This document shows positions 54,667 through 64,000 of a stretch of 64,000 bases of DNA, one piece after another (position 1 is the first letter of the stretch; every line of letters begins with the position of its first letter). The notes below the pieces were generated by a model, which saw nothing but the letters and a program-made list of their open reading frames with translations, searched no databases and was not told where the DNA came from. The translations under genes were made by a program, and so were the position numbers. Source of the DNA: Roseibacillus sp. (GTDB lineage: Bacteria > Verrucomicrobiota > Verrucomicrobiia > Verrucomicrobiales > Akkermansiaceae); contig CBDEUM010000014.1 of the NCBI GenBank assembly GCA_965242925.1, forward strand, positions 32,001 through 96,000. Direction: 5' to 3'.

Positions 54667-55647
54667 ATGTGCCGGGCACGATTGCACCTCCCTGTCCTTG
54701 TTTCGATTCTCTTCTTGGCAACAGCCCTCCTTCCGATGTTTCGTTCCGGGGCGGTGAATGAAGAAGAAGCCACTCCCGGGGAGGCGCCCTTTCTCGTGGT
54801 CCTGGGAATCGCCCAGGACGCCGGCTATCCGCAGGCCGGATGCCGGAAGGAGTGTTGTGCCGACGCGTGGGCCGACCCCGGGAAACGCCGCCATGCGGTG
54901 ACGATCGCTATTGTCGACCCCCGGACCCGGGAGCGCTGGTTCCTCGATTGCTCTCCGGACTTTCCCGCCCAACTGCGCGAACTCAACCGCCTCGCGCCCC
55001 CGGAAACCTTCCCGGGAATCGATGGCATATTCCCCACCCACGCCCACATCGGACATTACACCGGGTTGCTTTACCTCGGCCGCGAGGTAATGGGCACGCA
55101 GGGCGTTCCCGTCCACACCATGCCCCGCATGAGGAAGTTTCTTGAGACCAACGGACCCTGGGACCAGCTGGTCGAACTCAGGAACATCACCCTGCGGAAT
55201 CTCGCCGCCGGGGAGACCGTCAGGCTCAATGAGCGCCTCAGCCTCACCCCCCTGCTCGTTCCCCACCGCGATGAGTATTCCGAAACGGTGGGCTTTCGCG
55301 TGACCGGACCCTCGCGTTCCATCCTCTACCTCCCGGACATCGACAAGTGGACGCGCTGGGAAACCGACATCGCCGAGGTCCTCCAGACCGTTGATATCGC
55401 CTACCTCGATGGCACCTTCTTCGCGGACGGGGAACTCCCCGGCCGCGACATGTCCAGGATCCCCCACCCTTTCATTGCCGAGAGCATGAAGCGTTTTGCC
55501 AGCCTCGACCCCACCGAACGCAGCAAGGTGCGCTTCCTCCATCTCAACCACACCAACCCCGCCCTCGACCCGGAGAGCGAGGCGACCAAAGCCATCGAAA
55601 AGGCCGGCCACCACGTTGCGGAACAAGGCGAAAGGGTGGAACTCTGA
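54667..55647 (+). CDS. MBL-fold metallo-hydrolase (PqqB-like)
   Basis: LGIAQDAGYPQ, THAHIGHY, PHRDEYSE and HLNHTN motifs. Confidence 0.82.
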   Translation: MCRARLHLPVLVSILFLATALLPMFRSGAVNEEEATPGEAPFLVVLGIAQDAGYPQAGCRKECCADAWADPGKRRHAVTIAIVDPRTRERWFLDCSPDFPAQLRELNRLAPPETFPGIDGIFPTHAHIGHYTGLLYLGREVMGTQGVPVHTMPRMRKFLETNGPWDQLVELRNITLRNLAAGETVRLNERLSLTPLLVPHRDEYSETVGFRVTGPSRSILYLPDIDKWTRWETDIAEVLQTVDIAYLDGTFFADGELPGRDMSRIPHPFIAESMKRFASLDPTERSKVRFLHLNHTNPALDPESEATKAIEKAGHHVAEQGERVEL

Positions 55648-55677
55648 GCAATCCCCCCCGGGGCAACGCCTCCGCCC

Positions 55678-56469
55678 CTAACCCGCCTTCCAGCGTCCGC
55701 TCACCTCTTCCAACCACTGGCGGGCGATCAACTCGTGTCCCTGGGGCAGGGGATGCACCCCGTCCCAGATCCACTGCCCGGCACTCCCTGCCTTGGCCGC
55801 GGCATCGAAGACGTCCTGCATCCTGACCTGCACCGCCCCGAATTCCTTTGCCAACCGGGTCACGGTGGCACCCATCCGGTCGATCTGGGCCCGGCTGATC
55901 TCCCATTGCCCCCCCTTGGTCATCCACCATCCCGACTGCAGGACGAAGGGGTCAATCAGCACGATCCGCAGGTCCGGATTGGCCTCGCGGCTCCGCTTCA
56001 GCACTTCGCGGTAGTCCGCCTCCCACTGGTCGGCCTCAAATTTTCTCTTCTGGTCCACCACCCGGTCATTGACCCCGACGAGAACACTGAGCAGGTCGGG
56101 CTTCATCTCAATGACGTCCTTCTGCCACCGGGCTTTGAGATCCCGCATCCGATTGCCACTGATCCCGCGGTTGAAGAACTCCAACCCCGCTTTCGACAGG
56201 TCCACCCCGAGCCGGGCGGCGATGAGGTAGACGTAGCTGTGCCCGAGGTAATGGTTGCGATCCTTCTCGTTACGGCCCCACTTCATGTCGGTGATGGAGT
56301 CCCCGATGAAGAGGAGGCGACTTCCCCCGGGGAAGGACGGCCTGCGGTAGTCGTAGCCGCCGGGGGTGGATTGGGCTTCGGCGCCGGGAGAGGCTGCCAC
56401 TCCTGCAGCCATCACCCCCGAACAGGCTGCCCCGGTCTTGAGAAACTGTCGTCGATTCGTTCCCGGCAT
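55678..56469 (-). CDS. Tat-exported SGNH/GDSL hydrolase
   Basis: NRRQFLK Tat signal; GDSIT, RGISG, GVND and DGVHP motifs. Confidence 0.9.
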   Translation of the reverse strand: MPGTNRRQFLKTGAACSGVMAAGVAASPGAEAQSTPGGYDYRRPSFPGGSRLLFIGDSITDMKWGRNEKDRNHYLGHSYVYLIAARLGVDLSKAGLEFFNRGISGNRMRDLKARWQKDVIEMKPDLLSVLVGVNDRVVDQKRKFEADQWEADYREVLKRSREANPDLRIVLIDPFVLQSGWWMTKGGQWEISRAQIDRMGATVTRLAKEFGAVQVRMQDVFDAAAKAGSAGQWIWDGVHPLPQGHELIARQWLEEVSGRWKAG

Positions 56470-56718
56470 CCATGAACCCTGAAGCGGAGAGGGGATGGGG
56501 TCGATTGCGAAAACAGCAGGCAGCACCCGGGAATTGAGAGGCCCATGGATTCCTTCAGAAGGCTAGCTGACCGCAGCCGATTTCCTGGGCCCCACCAACC
56601 CCGCCGCCCGGGCCACCATCCAGCCCGACCCTGAAAAACGATTTCCCGGCAATAACCGGCCGACTGAGTGACCTAACCCGGGCTGGCCAAGGTGGGATCT
56701 GCCTGCTTGTTTCGTCCC

Positions 56719-59700
56719 ATGAGACTCTCTGCTTCTCTCGCTGTTCTCATGGCGCTTCCCGTCATGGGAGCTCCCACCCTCCTCGACGACCAGTTCTCAC
56801 TCTTCAGGGGATGTCACATCTACAAAGTGGCCGAGTCCAACCTCACCGGGGGATCCTACGACCTGGTCTTCGATGGTCAGGGACGGTTGTTGATCGGGGA
56901 TGGGCAGAATCTGCGACGCCTGGCTGACACCGATGGAGACCAGGTTTATGATCAGTCGGAGATCATCGCGGAAGGACTCGGAGGACGCGGCCCCCAGGGG
57001 TTGGTGGTCTATGGCGACAAGGTCTACGCAGTGGGCGGGGACGGGGTTCAACTTTTCAGCGGCTATCTCGCAGGTGGGAAGCTGAAGCACGAGCGGAGGC
57101 TGGGGGAGCCGTTCAATACGGGTGGTGATCACGCCGCCCACACGCTCCTGCGTGGCCTGGATGGCTATATCTATCTCGTGTCCGGCGACGGCGGTGGGAC
57201 CGGGGACCGAAAACACATCACGGCCAGGAGTTCGCCGGTTCTCTTTGAGCGAACCGCTTCGGTGTTCCGCTTTGATCCGGCCGGCGAGAAGTGGGAGTGC
57301 ATTGGTTCCGGAGGAAGGAACCCGCCCAGCCTGGGGATGAACTACCTGGGTGAGTTCTTCAGCTTCGACAGTGACATGGAGTTTCATGTCGATGTTCCGT
57401 TCTACCGTCCGGTCAGACTGCATCACTGGGCGACAGGTGGTGATCAGGGATGGCAGGGAGTGGGAGCTTATCCCAAGTACTATCTCGACAACCTGCCCGG
57501 AGTGCTTGATGTCGGTCGCGGTTCGCCTGACTGGGGGGTCTTCTACGAGCACAATCAGTTTCCAGGGGTGTTCCGCAATTCGTTCCTGGCTTGCGACTAC
57601 CAGTGGAAGTCGGCGACCACGGGCGGCTATGCCAACCCGGGGCGCCTGCTCATGTTTTCCCTGGCACGGGAAAAAGCGACCTGGAAGGCAGAGCTGATCA
57701 CGGTGGCTCAGCCCAAGAAAGGGGCAGTTGATGCGAACGGAAAGAGGATCAACTTTGGAGTGGTTGATGTCGATGTGGCCCCTGATGGCAGCCTGGTCGT
57801 CAGCGATCACAACCAGGGGATCTGGCGCATCTTTCATGACAAGTCGGAGAGGCCGGTGGTGCCCGGAATCGTTCCTGAGGCGAAGCGTTCAAATCGCTCG
57901 CTTCTCGCACAATTGCTTGAGTCGCCACAGCCGATGGCGGAGTGGGGCCGCATGGCGGAGGAGCGCCTGCTCAGTCAGGATGAGGATCTGCCCGGACAGG
58001 TTCGTTCTGCCCTGCTCGATCCGAAGCGGCCCTTGACTCAGCGCCTGCGAGCGGTGCGCCTCCTGGCTCCGGGATTCGAGGAACTGCCCGGCGAGTTCCT
58101 GCAGAGGATGGCCGAGGATCCAGAGCCTGAGATCCGGGGCCAGGCCGCCTGGTTGTTGGGAATTCGGCAAAAGAGGGAGGAGGCAGGGCTGGCCCTGCAG
58201 TTGCTGGAGGACGAGGATCCTTTCGTTCTCCGGCGCGCCCTTGAAGCGCAGATGCGCCTGCAGAATCCCTCGGCCGTGCCACGGCTATCCACCCTTCTCG
58301 GCCATCTTGATCGCTTTGTGGCCTACGCTGCGATGACGGCTCTGGCCCACCACCCCACAAAGGTGATCCAGGAGAACGTGACCGCCCACCCGGGGGGAAT
58401 CATGCGCGCATTAGTGGCCACCAACATTCGGCGGGAACGAGCCGGGCCAGAGGTTGTTCACTCCCTGCTGACGATCCTGCTCGATCGGGTGGAACCGGGC
58501 GATGACGATACCACGCGGGAGCAACACCTTGACCTGCTACGCATCCTTGGTTTGTTCCGCGTTGAGATTCAGCAGAACAAGGAACTGACCGCGAAAGTTC
58601 ACCAATTCCTGCTCAAGCTGGTGAATTCGGAGGATCCCGGGATTCGCTGGGAGCATGTGCGGCTCTGTGGAGATTACGATGTGGCTGCGGGTTTTACGCC
58701 GATCCTGAACATGCTGGAAAAGGAAAAGGATGGCGTCACCCAGTTCCACATGGCCGGTGCGCTGGCCAGGATCTCCACGGGATGGACCGATGCGGAGAGC
58801 CGGCGACTGACTCAGTGGCTGCTTTCAACTCAGGAGGGCTGGTTTGCCGAGCGCGATGGCAAGGGCCTGCAATTCGGCGGTTTCTGGAACACGGTGGTCA
58901 ACCAGTTGGCAGGCCGACACACTGCTGCGCTGATCGTGCTCGCTGATCAGTTAAGGGCTGACAGTGATCTTGCGAAGGTGGCCTACAAGGCGATCCGCGG
59001 AGCACCCGATGCCGACAGGGTTCTGCTCAAGGCGTTTCAGGCTGCCAGGAGTGATGCTGATCGGCAGCGACTGATCGGGTTGTTGCATGAAGTGAGCAGT
59101 CCTTTCGTGGCGGAGCAACTTCTCCGGGATCTTGATGCCACGAAAGAGATCCGACGGCGGGAGGAACTCATCGCCGCCCTGGCGGCCCAACCGCTCCCTC
59201 CCGAGCGCGGGGATCTCTTCGTGAAGGGACTGCTGGAGATCGAATCCGCTGCCGCAGTGGAACGTTGTGCGGCCCGGATTGTGACCGATGGCAAGGCTTT
59301 CGCTGAATACGGCGACGGGGTGAAGGCACTCTCGATTGGCAACTGGAACGGCGATCAGGCGGTGGCCTTCCGCTTGATTGAATTGATGAGCATCTACCCG
59401 CAGATCGGAGCCACCCTGGAGCGCGCCCTTCAGACATTACTCGCGCATCAGCGTCCCAGTTTTCGGACTCCCATGCAGGTGATCTGGTCGTCGGCAGAAC
59501 AGATTGCGGACGATCAGGCCTGGTTTGCGCGCTCCTTCGAGGTGAACGGGAACGCTTCCCGGGGCGTGTTGATGATCACTTGCGACAACGAGTTCGAGGT
59601 GTTTCTCAATGGCAGCAAAGTTGGGGAGGGCCGGGAATGGGGAACTCCGAAGCGGATTGACGTCGGCAACGGGTTGCGGGAGGGCCGTAATCTCATTGCG

Positions 59701-60507
59701 ATCGCAGGCCGCAACGAAAGTGGTCCGGCAGGGCTGGCAGTGATTCTGCAATGGACTACGGCGCATGGGGCGCAGACGCTGGTGACCGACACAACCTGGA
59801 AGCTCAGTCGTTCCCGTCCTCCCGGGGGCTGGGAGAAAAAAGGGGCGGAGCTTGGAAACTGGGGAATTGCCGTCGACGTGAGTGGCCCGACCTCGAACGT
59901 AATGGAGGCGATGTCGTCCTTTATGGAGAAGACGCCCCTTCATCTCCCGGAAGAGGTGCTCGAGTACTGGCAGGTCTGGTACCGCGAGAAGTTCGGGACT
60001 CCCTGGATTGCGCGCAAAGCAATCACGCAGGCCAAGATGTTGGCCGACGCGAACCTGCACGAACTGATTGCGGACATGAGCGAATTCAGGGGCAATGCCG
60101 CCAGGGGACGGAAGATTTACCTGCAAGCCACCTGCTTCGCGTGTCACGGTGGGCTCAAGGGCCAGTCCGGCAGTCTTTTCGGACCACCGTTGGCGGGTGC
60201 CACTCAGCGCCTGAACCGTCAGGAGTTGGCGGACTCGATCGTCTATCCGTCCAAAGTTGTTCAGGATCGTTTCAAGGCGACCGAGGTGATCACCACCAAT
60301 GCCGGAACGCTCAGCGGCTTCGTGACGGAACAGACCAATGAATTTGTCTCCATCACCGATGTGCAGGGTCAGGTCACGCGCCTTCCGCGCGAGCAGGTGA
60401 AGGCGATCAGAACGCAGGAACAATCATTGATGCCGGCCAAGTTGCTCAATGCCCTGAAGAAGGAGGACATCATCGATCTCATGACCTTCATTCACGAGAT
60501 GAAGTAG
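56719..60507 (+). CDS. PVC-type dehydrogenase-like beta-propeller / HEAT-repeat / heme c protein
   Basis: ADTDGD, GRNP, FDSDME, HEAT repeats, CDNEFEV sugar-binding-like module, CFACH and SLMP. Confidence 0.85.
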   Translation: MRLSASLAVLMALPVMGAPTLLDDQFSLFRGCHIYKVAESNLTGGSYDLVFDGQGRLLIGDGQNLRRLADTDGDQVYDQSEIIAEGLGGRGPQGLVVYGDKVYAVGGDGVQLFSGYLAGGKLKHERRLGEPFNTGGDHAAHTLLRGLDGYIYLVSGDGGGTGDRKHITARSSPVLFERTASVFRFDPAGEKWECIGSGGRNPPSLGMNYLGEFFSFDSDMEFHVDVPFYRPVRLHHWATGGDQGWQGVGAYPKYYLDNLPGVLDVGRGSPDWGVFYEHNQFPGVFRNSFLACDYQWKSATTGGYANPGRLLMFSLAREKATWKAELITVAQPKKGAVDANGKRINFGVVDVDVAPDGSLVVSDHNQGIWRIFHDKSERPVVPGIVPEAKRSNRSLLAQLLESPQPMAEWGRMAEERLLSQDEDLPGQVRSALLDPKRPLTQRLRAVRLLAPGFEELPGEFLQRMAEDPEPEIRGQAAWLLGIRQKREEAGLALQLLEDEDPFVLRRALEAQMRLQNPSAVPRLSTLLGHLDRFVAYAAMTALAHHPTKVIQENVTAHPGGIMRALVATNIRRERAGPEVVHSLLTILLDRVEPGDDDTTREQHLDLLRILGLFRVEIQQNKELTAKVHQFLLKLVNSEDPGIRWEHVRLCGDYDVAAGFTPILNMLEKEKDGVTQFHMAGALARISTGWTDAESRRLTQWLLSTQEGWFAERDGKGLQFGGFWNTVVNQLAGRHTAALIVLADQLRADSDLAKVAYKAIRGAPDADRVLLKAFQAARSDADRQRLIGLLHEVSSPFVAEQLLRDLDATKEIRRREELIAALAAQPLPPERGDLFVKGLLEIESAAAVERCAARIVTDGKAFAEYGDGVKALSIGNWNGDQAVAFRLIELMSIYPQIGATLERALQTLLAHQRPSFRTPMQVIWSSAEQIADDQAWFARSFEVNGNASRGVLMITCDNEFEVFLNGSKVGEGREWGTPKRIDVGNGLREGRNLIAIAGRNESGPAGLAVILQWTTAHGAQTLVTDTTWKLSRSRPPGGWEKKGAELGNWGIAVDVSGPTSNVMEAMSSFMEKTPLHLPEEVLEYWQVWYREKFGTPWIARKAITQAKMLADANLHELIADMSEFRGNAARGRKIYLQATCFACHGGLKGQSGSLFGPPLAGATQRLNRQELADSIVYPSKVVQDRFKATEVITTNAGTLSGFVTEQTNEFVSITDVQGQVTRLPREQVKAIRTQEQSLMPAKLLNALKKEDIIDLMTFIHEMK

Positions 60508-60776
60508 CATCCCGCGATCATTTTTTCCATTCCGCGATCCCGAAGCGAAGGGCTGGGGTCACCCTTGGGGCGGTCGACCTGTGAAGTTGATGAGGGAGAA
60601 ACCATACCCCCATGAAATCCGCACCCCTGTTAGGCGTGTTTCACCTCCAACTTCCTGGAAAAGGGGGAGAGGGGAGGGGAGAATTCCTAAAAATGACTGG
60701 ATTACGGGAAATGTCTTGGCAGGTTTTCCGACCAGGGTCGCGTCTGCCGCAACGCCCCAATCCAATCTGGACCAAA

Positions 60777-62453
60777 ATGATGAAAATCCGATTCTTGTCA
60801 GCGACCATCGCCACCTACTCAATCTGTCTCTGCGATACATCTGCGGGCCTGTTCGACGATGTGCCAGGGCTCTCGGCCTCTGCCCGATCGACGCTGGTCG
60901 CCCACTATGATGGCCGCGCCGGGGTCGCTACGACCGATAGCATCGTCGAATCATGGACCCCGGTGGACGGTGACGGCGTCCTGCTCCCGGGCATGGTCGC
61001 CCCGTCCACGCAGCGCGGCAGCGGTGCTGCGGACCTCATTACCTACGACGGTAGCGACCGCTTGATTTTCGACGATCCCAGTGCGGGTGCCGACGGTCGT
61101 TATCTCTCGGGAACCCTGGCCAATGCCGGCACCAGTGACTTCACCATCTTCTGGCTCGGCCATTATCAGGACGGCGCGCCGTTTGCAGCTTCCGGCACCT
61201 ACGCCTACAACGTCGGGCTTAACGATATATCGCATCAGCGTGACGATGGCGACGGCGGTTTTCGGGTGGAGATGTATAATGGCACGACCTATACGGGCGA
61301 TGACATCACAGCCTATGACGGCATCGACACTGTCTGGAGCACCGTCATCACCGCCACTACACACGACTCCTATGCCAACGGGGTGAATCTCAATGTTAGT
61401 GGGAGCCCGACCAACAGCGTTGTTGCAAACGCGGCCATCGTCATCGGGGCGTGGAGCTCGGGCGGCTATGACCTGGTGGGCGAGATCCGGCAGATCATCA
61501 TCTTCGAATCGGCCCTCGACGACGACGACCGTGGGCTCATCGAAGCCTATCTTGGCAGCCTCGCTGGGGTGCCTCCCCAGCCCGACCCGACTCCCTTGCT
61601 GCCACCCGAGCTCACTATCCATGATGGCATCGCGGAACTGACGTGGAGCGCCGATGCTCTCCTGCTATCCTCGAGCGATCTCAACGAATGGTTCATCGAG
61701 GCGGAGGCAACCTCACCCATGTCGTGGGAGATCGACAAGGAGCGGGAGTTCTTCCGTCTGGCGACCGAGTTTACCGAGATCCCGCGAGGGGTGGTGTTGC
61801 GCACGCGTATTGCATCCGACACTTACCGCGAGATTGAGTATCACGTCGATACCGGTGAGCTGTTTTTCCTCGGTGAGCAGGCCCACGGCCTCGATTTTTA
61901 CGGCGGCTCCAATAATTTATGGTGGTGCGGCCTCAATTCCGCAAACCATGGATCCGGACTCCTCGAGTTTCTGATGGATCGCAACGAAGATGCCGCGGCG
62001 ATGAAAGCGATCGCGGTCGCCAGCGGATGGACGACTTATGCGTCCCCCACCTATAGCTTCCTGACGCTGGAACCACTCTCTTCGCACAAAACTTACATCA
62101 ACCATACGGCGCCTGCATCTCCCGGTCAGACCGATACGACAGAATCCTACACGGGAGATTACGACGAGATCGCCAGCAGCCGGATTTTCTTCGTGCTCTA
62201 CCGCAACACTTCCAGTGGGGCTGCCTACCTCGGCCTTGGCGGCCCCAGCCTCGATGCCATCGCCTCTCCGCAACCACCTGGAGACGGCTCCTCGAATCGT
62301 GATAATGGTGTCCGTGTGGACATCGCCCTCAAAACCGCCATTCCTCTCTCGGAGGTGGACAAACTGGAGCTGATCAACCGGTTTTTGCCCGTCCGCCCGC
62401 TCTACGAGGACGCCTCCAATGCCTACTTCTACGAGCACCCGCCGGGCCTCTAA
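60777..62453 (+). CDS. Secreted protein: LamG/ConA-like domain plus additional C-terminal domain
   Basis: LVAHYDG...GEIRQIIIFESAL...EAYL pattern; Pro linker. Confidence 0.7.
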   Translation: MMKIRFLSATIATYSICLCDTSAGLFDDVPGLSASARSTLVAHYDGRAGVATTDSIVESWTPVDGDGVLLPGMVAPSTQRGSGAADLITYDGSDRLIFDDPSAGADGRYLSGTLANAGTSDFTIFWLGHYQDGAPFAASGTYAYNVGLNDISHQRDDGDGGFRVEMYNGTTYTGDDITAYDGIDTVWSTVITATTHDSYANGVNLNVSGSPTNSVVANAAIVIGAWSSGGYDLVGEIRQIIIFESALDDDDRGLIEAYLGSLAGVPPQPDPTPLLPPELTIHDGIAELTWSADALLLSSSDLNEWFIEAEATSPMSWEIDKEREFFRLATEFTEIPRGVVLRTRIASDTYREIEYHVDTGELFFLGEQAHGLDFYGGSNNLWWCGLNSANHGSGLLEFLMDRNEDAAAMKAIAVASGWTTYASPTYSFLTLEPLSSHKTYINHTAPASPGQTDTTESYTGDYDEIASSRIFFVLYRNTSSGAAYLGLGGPSLDAIASPQPPGDGSSNRDNGVRVDIALKTAIPLSEVDKLELINRFLPVRPLYEDASNAYFYEHPPGL

Positions 62454-62604
62454 GTCCTGATCGTTTCGGGGTCGTTTAAAGTCGTGCTTCCCTGAAAAGA
62501 GCGGGGCTTTGCAGAGATTCGGTGGCATGGGGATGGTTTCCAGCCGGGCATATTCCTCAGTTTTGTGTTGCGTTTTCGGCAAATTTTATCGGTATGGGGG
62601 CTCT

Positions 62605-63480
62605 ATGAGAGCGCATTCACTCAAAGGGGCAATGGCGGCGGTGGGCGCTGGCCTGCTCTTATGTCCTTCGCATTCCTTTTCAGCGGGACTTTTTCTGGAC
62701 GTGCCGGGATTGTCGGCGGAAGCCCAAGCTTCGCTGGTGGCGCACTACGATGGTCGGACCGGCGTTGCGACAAGTGGCAGCGCGGTGGATTCCTGGACCC
62801 CGGTTGATGGTAACGGCGACTCATTACCTGGTATGGTAGTCACCTCCGCAGCGCGAAGTGGAGGAGGTGCTGCTGACCTCATTACCTACGACCCGGTCAG
62901 CGGCAGCCTGTCATTCAGTGACACTGCAGTCGGTGCCGACGGGCGCCGCCTCGCAGGGACGCTCTCCAACGCCCAATCGGCAGATTTTACCGTCATGTGG
63001 CTCGGGCTATATGATGCAGATGCCCCGTTTGCCACCTCCGGCACCTACGCCTACAATATCGGGCCCAGCGATATATCGCATCAGCGCGACGATGGCGGCG
63101 GCGGGTTTCGCGTGGAACTGTATAACGGCACGACCTATGCGGGTGATGATATCACTGCCTACGATGGCATCTCTACCGTCTGGAGCACCGTTCTCACCGC
63201 CAACAGCCACAACGTCTTTGCCAACGGAACGAATCTCAATGTTGGTGGGAGCCCGACCAACAGCGTCGCTGCAAACGCGTCCATCGTCATGGGAGCGTAC
63301 AGCGCCTCCGGCTATGACCTGGTCGGCGACATCAGCCAGATGATCATTTTCGATTCCGCTCTCAGTGACGCCGACCGCGTGCTCGTCGGCGACTTCCTCA
63401 GCACGGTTCCGGAGCCGTCGGTGACGCTGCTTCTGGGGTTGGCGATGCTTCCCCTCCTGAGGATCCGGCGACCTCGTTGA
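62605..63480 (+). CDS. PEP-CTERM protein with LamG/ConA-like domain
   Basis: VPEP + hydrophobic stretch + RIRRPR tail; close paralogue of the upstream N-terminal domain. Confidence 0.88.
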   Translation: MRAHSLKGAMAAVGAGLLLCPSHSFSAGLFLDVPGLSAEAQASLVAHYDGRTGVATSGSAVDSWTPVDGNGDSLPGMVVTSAARSGGGAADLITYDPVSGSLSFSDTAVGADGRRLAGTLSNAQSADFTVMWLGLYDADAPFATSGTYAYNIGPSDISHQRDDGGGGFRVELYNGTTYAGDDITAYDGISTVWSTVLTANSHNVFANGTNLNVGGSPTNSVAANASIVMGAYSASGYDLVGDISQMIIFDSALSDADRVLVGDFLSTVPEPSVTLLLGLAMLPLLRIRRPR

Positions 63481-63609
63481 CTCACATCATTGCGGGGATT
63501 GTCCCTTCCCCGACCGGGTTTTCTGCACCCCCACCTTCCCGGGCTCCTCATCCTCCAGGAACCCCGGCCTGAGAAGGCCATCTACTGGCCAATCGAACGA
63601 AAGGAGAGG

Positions 63610-63999
63610 TCACGCTAGGATCTTCTCGCGCACGTGCCCGTGCACATCCGTTAGTCGTCGGTCAATCCCGTTGTGGCGGACCGTTAGTTTTTCGTGGTCG
63701 ATTCCTAACAGGTGCAGGACCGTTGCATGCAGGTCGTAGCACCAGGTTTTCTTGCGGGCTTTCCATCCCCACTCGTCGCTCTCGCCGTAGCTACTGCCGG
63801 GTTTGATGCCCGCGCCGGCTAGCCAGGTAACGAAGGTTCCGCCGTTGTGGTCGCGTCCGGATTGGCCTTGGCTGAATGGCATGCGGCCGAACTCAGTGGT
63901 CCAGATGACTAGCGTGTCCTCCAGCATACCTCGGGATTTCAGGTCTCTGACCAGAGCGGCGATCGGCTGGTCGACCTGTTGCGCCATGTGCGGCAGCTC
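63610..63999 (-). CDS. DUF1501 family protein (5' partial)
   Basis: [24 protein letters not shown] and RLTDVHG motifs. Confidence 0.9.
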   Translation of the reverse strand, partial: ELPHMAQQVDQPIAALVRDLKSRGMLEDTLVIWTTEFGRMPFSQGQSGRDHNGGTFVTWLAGAGIKPGSSYGESDEWGWKARKKTWCYDLHATVLHLLGIDHEKLTVRHNGIDRRLTDVHGHVREKILA

Positions 64000-64000
64000 G

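Noticed and set aside
54667..55647. PQQ biosynthesis cluster
   Set aside because: Only a stand-alone PqqB-like hydrolase; no pqqA/C/D/E nearby.

Overview
A ~62% GC chromosomal window from a member of the Verrucomicrobiota. The evidence is the EUB338-III 16S signature plus PEP-CTERM, DUF1501, DUF1080 and PVC heme-binding genes; a Roseibacillus/Verrucomicrobiales-like organism is an inference. The window holds a complete minus-strand rRNA operon (16S-tRNA-Ala-tRNA-Ile-23S-5S, with promoter, boxA sites and terminator). Housekeeping genes include gltX, aroE, pgsA, a UvrD/Rep helicase, a DAACS symporter and yccA, and there is an alpha-2-macroglobulin/pbpC pair. A Fur-box-like site precedes a porin/FMN-binding protein/PepSY/apbE flavinylation operon. 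The most interesting loci are: (1) two secreted YHYH-domain paralogues followed by a single-chain MbnP-like/di-heme MbnH-like fusion, a candidate extracytoplasmic metal/redox system; (2) two membrane Ser/Thr kinases with catalytic-loop substitutions and glycan-binding-like ectodomains flanking a DUF1080 gene; (3) an active HtrA protease coupled to a triad-less paralogue; (4) a four-gene paralogue array in which a 1.33-kb tandem duplication created a chimeric gene; (5) two 5'-truncated gene remnants. I saw no CRISPR array, transposase or integrase. All family calls come from motif recognition by eye; no database searches were run.
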